64,000 nt of DNA. It comes from Bacillota bacterium (GTDB taxonomy: Bacteria; Bacillota; Clostridia; Christensenellales; UBA1242). Under the pieces are notes generated by a model. It was not told the origin of the DNA. It saw nothing but the letters and a program-made list of their open reading frames with translations, and ran no database searches. The stretch is from the NCBI GenBank assembly GCA_009780065.1, contig WRAS01000004.1, positions 4,062 through 68,061 on the forward strand, in the 5' to 3' direction. Below are positions 56,874 through 64,000 of the stretch, piece by piece. The number at the start of each line of letters is the position of its first letter. Positions within the stretch are counted from its first letter, which is position 1. The translations under genes and the position numbers were made by a program.

Positions 56874-56882
56874 GAGGAAAGG

Positions 56883-59234
56883 ATGAAACTTAGTCTTAAT
56901 TGGTTAAATGAATATGTTGATTTGGCGGGTATATTACCAGAGAAAATTGTAGAACGTTTAAGTATGACTACCGCCGAGGTAGAAGGATTTGAGGTTCGGG
57001 GTAACCATATAAAAAACATCGTGGTGGGCGAAATCGTTACATGTGTTCCGCATCCGACGTCCAAGAAACCGCTTTGGAAATTGACGGTGAATAATGGTAA
57101 AAATGTTGTGCCGGTTGTTTGTGGTGCGCCTAATTGTCGTGTTGGTATGAAGGTTGCATTTGCAAAAGTGGGTGCGGTAATCGGAGACATTAATGTTGGT
57201 GTTGCCAATTTGGCGGGCGAGGAAAGTCATGGTATGTGCTGTAGTGGCAGAGAACTTGGGATTTCTGAGGATCATGATGGAATCATTGATTTGATTGCGT
57301 GCGTGTCTGGTGAACTTGTGAATGGGACACCAATTGAAAAAGTGATTCCTGTTGTAGATGTTATCTTTGAAATAGATAACAAGAGTCTTACAAATAGACC
57401 AGACCTTTGGGGACATTATGGGATTGCAAGGGAGTTGTCGGTAATCTTTAACAAGAAATTAAAGAAATTGCCAGTGGCGGATTTGGAGAAATACAAGGAT
57501 TTACCAAGTGTGCCTGTAACAATTGAAAACGCACAAGATTGTTATTCTTTTGGTGCATTTAAGGTGGAAAATATTAACAGACGTGTTTCACCAATTTGGA
57601 TGCAGATTCGTTTGTTTTATTGTGATATTAGTTCACATGGCTTTTTGGTGGATTTATCCAATTACATTATGTTGGAATTGGGGCAACCGAACCATGCGTT
57701 TGATGCATCCAAAATCGGCAAGTTATCCGCGGGTAATGTGAATAGTGGTGAGTTTACTACATTGAAAGACCAAGTAATTCAAATAAAGCCACACCATTTG
57801 TTTATTAAGAGTGATGGTAAACCTGTGTCGCTTGCGGGGATTATGGGTGGTGCTAATTCATTGATCTGTCCGACCACGCGTGATGTTGTATTCGAATTTG
57901 CGACATTCAATCCAACGACGATAAGAAAAACCAGCAGTGAACTAGGGATTCGCAGTGATTCCAGTACGCGATATGAAAAGGGTTTGGACACCAATCTAAA
58001 TCGCGAGGGTGCGGCACGTGTAATAAAGATTTTGTTGGAAAACGATAAAAGTGCATGTGTTGTATCCAGTTTTAATCATCAGGTTGCCAGTGCGACCAAG
58101 GGTGGTACCATTCGGTTGAGTAAGGCATATTTAGAGCGCTTTTGCGGGCAGAGTTTTAACTATGCAGATGTTAAGAGAAGTCTTAAGGGACTTGGATTTG
58201 AACCGGTTATTACAAAGAATGAAATAGTTGTTACCACACCAACATGGCGTGCAACCAAAGATATAAATATCCCAGTAGATATTATTGAGGAGATTGTACG
58301 AACATTTGGCTATGATAATATTGTGCCTAGGGCACCAAGGGTGGAACTTGCCCCTGTGGAACCTCTTGCACGATTAGAACGTATGAATTTGTTAAAGAAC
58401 TTGCTTGTGTCGAAATACGCGCTTAATGAGGTTCATACCTATATTTGGAATGATACAAAAGCACTGAAGACAATCAAGGTTGAGACGCCATCATATTTAA
58501 AAATTACCAACAGTGTCACACCTGGTATGGAAAATATACGGTGCGAGATTTTACCGTCGCTGCTAAATGTTGTTTCTAAGAACAAAGGGAAGGAAAGTAT
58601 TCGAATTTTTGAATCAGGCAAGACCTATAAAAATGGTGTGGAGTTTACCTATGTTGGGATTGTGCTGGGGTCGCGGAAGAAAGAATCCAGTGAACTTTAT
58701 ACGGAACTGGCGCATTTGTTGAATGATGTGTTGGGTACTTTGGGGTACAGAGTGTCATATGAAATCGGCAAGGCGGGCAAGGCATACATGCATCCAAAGA
58801 ACAATGCGGATGTCTTAACAAATGGAAAGATGTCGGCAAAGATTGGTATTATTCATCCAACAGTGCAAGACGCAATTGACCCAAAGTTAAATATGGCGAT
58901 TGCACAGATAAACATGGAATTCTTGCCAGAAATGGGTGCAGAGACCAAACAAAATGTAACCAGCAAGTACCCAAAAACAACATTGGATTTTACAATTACG
59001 ACGGATAAAATTTATAGTAATCTTGAACGTGTATTTGATGGATTTAAGCATGAATTAAATATGGGATACCGATTAAAAGATGTTTATGTACGAGACAACG
59101 ACGAGGTTAGTTACACAGTACAATTCACGATAGGTAGTTTAGACAGGACCTTGACAGGTGAAGAAATCAACGCGACATGGTTTCAAATAGTAGAACACGG
59201 GCGAAAAAACGGATTTGTGGTGGATAATACATAA
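56883..59234 (+). CDS. pheT: Phenylalanine--tRNA ligase beta subunit
   Basis: MKLSLNWLNEYV N-terminus, tRNA-binding, B3/4, B5 and FDX-ACB domain order. SD GGAGGAAAGG upstream. Confidence 0.93.
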   Translation: MKLSLNWLNEYVDLAGILPEKIVERLSMTTAEVEGFEVRGNHIKNIVVGEIVTCVPHPTSKKPLWKLTVNNGKNVVPVVCGAPNCRVGMKVAFAKVGAVIGDINVGVANLAGEESHGMCCSGRELGISEDHDGIIDLIACVSGELVNGTPIEKVIPVVDVIFEIDNKSLTNRPDLWGHYGIARELSVIFNKKLKKLPVADLEKYKDLPSVPVTIENAQDCYSFGAFKVENINRRVSPIWMQIRLFYCDISSHGFLVDLSNYIMLELGQPNHAFDASKIGKLSAGNVNSGEFTTLKDQVIQIKPHHLFIKSDGKPVSLAGIMGGANSLICPTTRDVVFEFATFNPTTIRKTSSELGIRSDSSTRYEKGLDTNLNREGAARVIKILLENDKSACVVSSFNHQVASATKGGTIRLSKAYLERFCGQSFNYADVKRSLKGLGFEPVITKNEIVVTTPTWRATKDINIPVDIIEEIVRTFGYDNIVPRAPRVELAPVEPLARLERMNLLKNLLVSKYALNEVHTYIWNDTKALKTIKVETPSYLKITNSVTPGMENIRCEILPSLLNVVSKNKGKESIRIFESGKTYKNGVEFTYVGIVLGSRKKESSELYTELAHLLNDVLGTLGYRVSYEIGKAGKAYMHPKNNADVLTNGKMSAKIGIIHPTVQDAIDPKLNMAIAQINMEFLPEMGAETKQNVTSKYPKTTLDFTITTDKIYSNLERVFDGFKHELNMGYRLKDVYVRDNDEVSYTVQFTIGSLDRTLTGEEINATWFQIVEHGRKNGFVVDNT

Positions 59235-59240
59235 TTAGTA

Positions 59241-59269
59241 TTGACACACCGTGCATATACTTTTATATT
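59241..59269 (+). promoter_or_regulatory. Consensus promoter TTGACA-17-TATATT with a ~40-nt leader and AAGGGGG SD
   Basis: Counted directly upstream of 59316. Confidence 0.55.
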
Positions 59270-59315
59270 AGTGTAGGGTATTAGGCAATAATCAAAAGAT
59301 AACTGCCAAGGGGGC

Positions 59316-60374
59316 ATGGCGATGAATGAGAATATCTTTTATTTAGATGCGAAAAATAAAATCGTCGACTTTCTTGGCGAGAATTATGATGATTTTCCGA
59401 TTAAATTACAAAACCGATTTCTTAACTTTTTTCCTAAGATGGTTAATTATGAGGAAGAAGGGCACAAGTACAGACCTAGGCTTTTGTTTACAAATAATAT
59501 CGAGGCAGTTATTAAATCATTACCTTTTCCGTCTAAACTTGAACTTTTCCGGGATGAAAACGAACATATGTTTGCGTCACGTTTGAAAGCGTTGGTTCCG
59601 TTTACATCACACGATTGGTGTATTTATGTTAACTGTGGCGAGGATGAGATTACATATGGTATATTCCGAAATATTAACAGTATCAAGGAACAAGGTTTGG
59701 AGGATGTGATATTTAAAAGTCCTCATTTAAAAGATCGGTCTGACAAAGTATTTGGAATTTATGCGTATGCAGAAAATGCATGGGCAGTCACAATGAAGAG
59801 TATCAAAGGCAATGAAATCAGTATTAATTTTGCATTAGACATAAAGGTTGTAAATGATTGGGACGGGGAAATTAATGCATTCGTGGATGCCAGTTTTTCT
59901 AAACTGAAAGCGACCAGTAAAAAATCTGCTGAAATCAAGACGATGTACAAGAATATCTTTAAAAACGTACTTAGGAATATTCATGGAACAATTTGTGTGG
60001 TTGTAGACCAAGATTATCCAACAAGCGAGTTCCGTGACGATTTCTTGGATGATGGTATTTGGCTGCGTGAACCTATTTCGTTTTCCAAACTATATATCCA
60101 AGGGCAGCATAACGTCGAGCCGAAATTGAATGCAATTTCCGCGGTGTTTATGAGTATGTTGGAGTTTGATGGAATTACCGTGGTGGATAATGCGGGAAAT
60201 ATTTTGGCATACAATGTGTTTGTGGAAGCCAACCTTAGAACCAGTGGTAATATTATGGGCGGGGCACGAAAGCGTGCAGCATATACAATAATTAACAGCC
60301 GGAAAAAATTGATAATTGGTGTTTATTTTCAGAGTCATGATGGCGAGATGTTTTATGCGCCGTTGAAAAAATAA
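59316..60374 (+). CDS. Protein with a divergent DisA_N/DAC-like C-terminal domain (352 aa)
   Basis: HGTICVVVDQD ... FDGITVVDNAGNILAYNVF ... GGARKRAAYTI ... IIGVYFQSHDGEMF parallels the DAC pattern GALIVI / HDGAVII / GTRHRAA / vvvSEEtG. DGA is replaced by DGI and RHR by RKR. Confidence 0.5.
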   Translation: MAMNENIFYLDAKNKIVDFLGENYDDFPIKLQNRFLNFFPKMVNYEEEGHKYRPRLLFTNNIEAVIKSLPFPSKLELFRDENEHMFASRLKALVPFTSHDWCIYVNCGEDEITYGIFRNINSIKEQGLEDVIFKSPHLKDRSDKVFGIYAYAENAWAVTMKSIKGNEISINFALDIKVVNDWDGEINAFVDASFSKLKATSKKSAEIKTMYKNIFKNVLRNIHGTICVVVDQDYPTSEFRDDFLDDGIWLREPISFSKLYIQGQHNVEPKLNAISAVFMSMLEFDGITVVDNAGNILAYNVFVEANLRTSGNIMGGARKRAAYTIINSRKKLIIGVYFQSHDGEMFYAPLKK

Positions 60375-60448
60375 TTATTATCTAATATTGCAAGTTGCTC
60401 ATGAAATGGGCTTTATGTTACACTGGCGTTATTACCAAGGAGGAAATT

Positions 60449-60922
60449 GTGGGCAGGATTGATAAACATAATTATTATCTGGATTTGGCAGAAGGTGTTT
60501 TGGCACGCGGAACATGTCTTAGGCGTAACCATGGTGCGATTATCGTAAAAAATGATGAAATCATTGCAACGGGTTATGCAGGTGCACCAAGGGGAAGAAA
60601 GAATTGTGTGGATTTAGGCTTTTGTAAACGGGAAAAATTGAATATTCCACGAGGCGAACGGTATGAACTTTGCCGAAGTGTGCATGCTGAGCAAAACGCA
60701 ATTATAAGTGCACGTCGCGCAGATATGATTGGTGCGACAATGTATCTTGTTGGAAAAGACAAAAAAACCGGCGAGTTAGCGACCAATACGGAATCTTGTA
60801 CAATGTGTAAACGTGTAACAATAAATTCTGGGATTAGTACAGTTATAATAAGAAATACCCAAAAAGACTATAGAATTGTAAATGTAAATGAATACATTGA
60901 AAATGATGATAGCATGGAATAA
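60449..60922 (+). CDS. dCMP deaminase (ComEB-like)
   Basis: HAEQNAI and CTMCKRV zinc motifs. Start set at the GTG after a strong AAGGAGG SD. Confidence 0.85.
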   Translation: MGRIDKHNYYLDLAEGVLARGTCLRRNHGAIIVKNDEIIATGYAGAPRGRKNCVDLGFCKREKLNIPRGERYELCRSVHAEQNAIISARRADMIGATMYLVGKDKKTGELATNTESCTMCKRVTINSGISTVIIRNTQKDYRIVNVNEYIENDDSME

Positions 60923-61420
60923 TTATTTTGATTTTCTGAAGTTAATGTCAATACATTCTGGTCTGTTTTCCATTGTCCACATACAGCCAAGCATATTCCA
61001 CATAAAAGCTCTGTCATGCGGTTCGTCAACTTTGCCGTCTATGTGTAGAAGAAAGTGCCTTACACCGCTGTCAATAAATGAATGAACAGGGAAACCTTTT
61101 TCCCAATTTCGTTCACCATGTTTTTCCGCACCTTGTTGGTATTGTTTTGATACCTCGATTATCATTTCGCAATCGGTTTTTTTCGTGTGGGTCTTTGTAA
61201 ACTTTCGAATTGCACTTGCGATATAGTCAATGTTGCCGGTCTCTACAAATTCTCCGATATCTTTTAGTACCTCGTCTTTGTCTTTTTCTTGTAAAACCTT
61301 TGCAACTGCTTTTAATGGTAACAAATCACACCTTCCTTTATCTTTTCCCTTTATTTCTCTGGTGGCACCTGACTCGAAATGTACTTTTACACCACTGAAC
61401 TTAATTTTATCTCCGCTCAT
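60923..61420 (-). CDS. DUF5664 / MazZ-like (dATP/dGTP diphosphohydrolase N-domain-like) protein
   Basis: FESGATRE..GKDKGRCDLLP and GAEKHGERNWEKG...FIDSGVRHFL...DEPHDRAFMWN match my recollection of the phage-associated family. Recognition is from memory only. Confidence 0.5.
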   Translation of the reverse strand: MSGDKIKFSGVKVHFESGATREIKGKDKGRCDLLPLKAVAKVLQEKDKDEVLKDIGEFVETGNIDYIASAIRKFTKTHTKKTDCEMIIEVSKQYQQGAEKHGERNWEKGFPVHSFIDSGVRHFLLHIDGKVDEPHDRAFMWNMLGCMWTMENRPECIDINFRKSK

Positions 61421-61469
61421 GATTTCTCCTTATTAATAGGTTTAGTTTAACATATATTGACTAGGTTTG

Positions 61470-62363
61470 TTACTTTTTCTTGCAAAATTCAGCCAAACCT
61501 TTGACAAATTCCAATGCAGGCTTGCTCTTTTCGGCTTTGTTAATTACGGCAACAAGGGTAGAGGCGGGAAGTTGTAAGTCAGTATTTAATAAAACTATCT
61601 CTGGATCATTGCGTTGAAGGATATAATCCTTTGTTGCATATCCGATGCCGCGACCTTTTTTAACCAAGTTAAATCTTAGTTCGGTGCCACCAAAACTTTC
61701 AATTGTTGTATTAATATCCAAGGTTTCCAGCAAATTTCTGAAATGGCTACGAGTCTTGTCTGGGAGCAGAAATTGGAATTTTCTGAAATCTTCTTGTTTA
61801 AGTTCGTGTTCAATTCCGTTTTTTTGCGCAAAAGATTTGCTTGTAAAGAAACTTCTTTCGATGTCTATCAGTTTTATGAACTTGAATTCGCTTTTTTCAT
61901 CTTCGATTGGAATGGTGGAAACGACAATATCGATATCGTGAGATTTAAGTTTGGAGATAGATTCTTTTTTTGATTCGGTATAAAGTTTTAAAAGTACGCG
62001 CGGGAATTTTTGATTAAATTCATCAAGATAGTCTAGTATTAATGTGATGGTGCTTTGGTTGCTGCTTATTCTTATTTCACCAGTTGTGGAAGATTTGAAT
62101 TCGGTTATAGATTCTATTGCTTTGTTAACATTGGAAAAAGATGTTTTGACAAGTTCATAAAGTTCTCCCGCCTCTTTGGTTGGCCTTACTCCCTTTACGT
62201 TTGGGTGAAACAATTGGACACCGAGATGTTTTTCAAGTTCGCGTATATTTTGACTGATGGCAGAAGGTGTAACGATTAGTAGTTTTGCTGCCTGAGAATA
62301 ACTACCATTTTCGAAGACAGTTATAAATGTTTTAAATAGATTTACTTTTACTTTTTTATCCAC
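61470..62363 (-). CDS. LysR-family transcriptional regulator
   Basis: N-terminal HTH FKTFITVFENGSYSQAAKLLIVTPSAISQNIRELE plus a substrate-binding domain. Confidence 0.88.
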   Translation of the reverse strand: MDKKVKVNLFKTFITVFENGSYSQAAKLLIVTPSAISQNIRELEKHLGVQLFHPNVKGVRPTKEAGELYELVKTSFSNVNKAIESITEFKSSTTGEIRISSNQSTITLILDYLDEFNQKFPRVLLKLYTESKKESISKLKSHDIDIVVSTIPIEDEKSEFKFIKLIDIERSFFTSKSFAQKNGIEHELKQEDFRKFQFLLPDKTRSHFRNLLETLDINTTIESFGGTELRFNLVKKGRGIGYATKDYILQRNDPEIVLLNTDLQLPASTLVAVINKAEKSKPALEFVKGLAEFCKKK

Positions 62364-62485
62364 TGCGTGTCCATGTCCAACCCATTAAAATCAAATAAAA
62401 CTTAATTAAAATTGAGTCAAATCTGAAACTAGTCGATAAATATTAAGTTGTGTGTGAGTGAAAATGTGCGTGAAATTTTTGTTTG

Positions 62486-63595
62486 TTATGCGGTCTTTTT
62501 GTTCATGGTTTCAATAAAATTCAATTCGGCTTCGCTTGAAACATGAGTGTAAACCGCTTTTGTCATTCGTGAACCTATTGCATGACCTACCCATTTTTGA
62601 ACGATTATCTCGTCAATCTTTTTCTCGTGGCAACGACTTATAAATGTGTGTCGCAACTCGTGAATTGTCAATCTTGGTAAATCGTTTTTTTCTAGTAACT
62701 CGCCTAGCAGTTTGGATAACTGAGCAGAACTCTTTGTGTATATGCGTTGTGTTGGCTCGTAGTGTTCATATTTCAAGAGAACTTGTCTAGTCAATTCAAA
62801 CATTGGCATTGTGCGGTTGCTGTCTTGGTTCTTGGTAAGCAAATCGTTGGGGTTTTGTTCGTCATAACTTTCGTCAATTCGCAAGGTGTTTTTCACAAAG
62901 CAAAGGTCATTTGGTCGTAGTGCAAGCATTTCGCCCTTTCGTATCCCTTGCAAAACGCAAATCAATAATGGTTCGTATTTGTCAAGGTCGGCAAGGCATA
63001 GGTTGATAAACTTTTGTTCTTGCTCATGGGTTAGTGCTCTCTTTTGGTTCTTTGCAAAGTGTTTAGGTTTTGGCAAGTTTCTTGCTGGGTTCATTTCGAT
63101 TAGTCGGTTGTTAAATGCGACATCGAACATTTGCTTGATTAGACTTGAAAAGTTATAAATTCCTGCCTTTGACTTGTGCGAACTTTCATTGATTGCTTTT
63201 GAAAGCATAATGTTTGTTATCTCGCCAAGTTTCAAGTCATGCAATTTTTCTAACTTTTTGAAATCTTGTTTGAACCCGTTTATTGTGCTTGCCCGAACAT
63301 TACCTATTTTGTATGAACCTAGCCACTCGCCAAACCATTCTTGCAAAGTGTATTGTTTCTGCGTTGGAACTGTTTCAACTCTTGCGATTTCTTGTGTTGG
63401 TGGTGCGAACTTTTGCAATAGTTTTGCGTGTTCAATGATTTTGTTGTTCTCGATTTGTTCGACAACCGCTTTTAATTTGTCATAGCAATCTATTTGCGTT
63501 CTGCCGTAAATCGTATGAACCTTGCTATTGAACCTAACTCGCACATACCAATTTCCCCGTTGGTGTCTTGTGATGGTTTTTCCTTTATATGTCAT
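62486..63595 (-). mobile_element. int: Tyrosine-type site-specific integrase
   Basis: SAM-like N-domain. The catalytic region contains RKGEMLAL, HELRHTF and a C-terminal YTHV (catalytic Tyr). Confidence 0.9.
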
Positions 63596-63737
63596 TTTTT
63601 ACATTCAAAGTTAAAACCGATGTTGTTTTATTTCACGCCCTCCTTTCAAGTAATTTTCACATCTATATTCTACCATATCCGACATAATTTGTCAAAATGT
63701 CCCAACCCATTCGGGCATATATTTTTTACACTTGAAT

Positions 63738-64000
63738 ATGCAATATTTCAATAAACCGAAGCGATTTCGCCCACGAGCCAACCGCTACCGCTTTACCATA
63801 AACAACCCTATATTGTCCGATGTTGCTATCAAGGTTCTTAACCCAGACGAAATGACAGACGAGCAAAAAGAACTCTATGAACGCAACCAGAACCGCCACA
63901 ACAGTTATGCCGATTTGAAAGCTCCCGAATATGAAAAGTTTTTTGACTTTGCTATTTGCGAATACGAGCAAAAAGAGTTTGGCATGGAATTTTCAAAGGT
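63738..64000 (+). CDS. HUH-type rolling-circle replication initiator (Rep), 3'-truncated by the window edge
   Basis: Untracked open frame MQYFNKPKRFRPRANRYRFTINNP... The FTINN sequence resembles Rep motif I (FTLNN). Divergent from int. Tracked minus ORF 63726..63971 is its shadow. Confidence 0.5.
   Translation, partial: MQYFNKPKRFRPRANRYRFTINNPILSDVAIKVLNPDEMTDEQKELYERNQNRHNSYADLKAPEYEKFFDFAICEYEQKEFGMEFSK

Noticed and set aside
62372-63712. Direct repeat ATGTCCAACCCATT (62373-62386) and ATGTCCCAACCCATT (63697-63711) flanking the integrase gene as possible att cores
   Set aside because: It is only ~14 nt with an indel. Several such matches are expected by chance in 64 kb, and a repeat enclosing only int makes little biological sense. 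It would be worth re-examining once the element's other end is known.
63726-63971. 81-aa minus-strand ORF at the window end
   Set aside because: It overlaps the better-supported plus-strand Rep-like frame (63738 onward), has no start context and is hydrophobic low-complexity. It is likely a shadow ORF. Tracked ORF 63494..63754 (+) is likewise antisense to int.
1-64000. CRISPR arrays, rRNA/tRNA genes, IS elements, alternative genetic code
   Set aside because: I saw no regularly spaced direct repeats, no tRNA-like cloverleaf candidates in intergenic regions and no transposase-like ORFs. Long uninterrupted ORFs under the standard code argue against stop-codon reassignment.

Overview
This is a low-GC, Firmicutes/Clostridia-like chromosomal window; a gerA-type spore germination operon points to a spore-former. 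Most of it is housekeeping. The left edge is a partition region: recF (3' part), cvpA, parB and parA, with five perfect parS palindromes. After that come uppP, metG, radC, fhs-folD, mgtE, comEC, holA, addBA, hisS, trpS, smpB, adenine deaminase, an nfeD-SPFH pair, mnmA, ywlE-rpiB, mscS, an M29 aminopeptidase, tyrS, proS and pheST.

I saw no rRNA, tRNA, CRISPR array or IS element. Accessory or unexplained content:
- An SPFH/double-Zn-ribbon three-gene module followed by a block of ORFans that includes a GLUG-repeat surface protein (15.3-21.6 kb).
- An orphan divergent HTH pair with a nested palindromic operator, wedged between comEC and holA.
- A 904-aa PPP-type phosphatase fusion directly after addBA.
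- A C/G-tract intergenic repeat present three times, once enclosing a strongly structured insert.
- A divergent DAC-like protein next to a dCMP deaminase.
- A right-hand block with visibly different codon usage: a MazZ/DUF5664-like gene, a LysR regulator, a tyrosine integrase and a partial HUH Rep running off the window.

One window-wide signal stands out. At least 18 genes have an (extended) -10 box 5-7 nt upstream of their ATG and no Shine-Dalgarno, which implies pervasive leaderless transcription. None of the six aminoacyl-tRNA synthetase loci has room for a T-box leader.

All functional calls come from motif recognition by eye. No searches were run.
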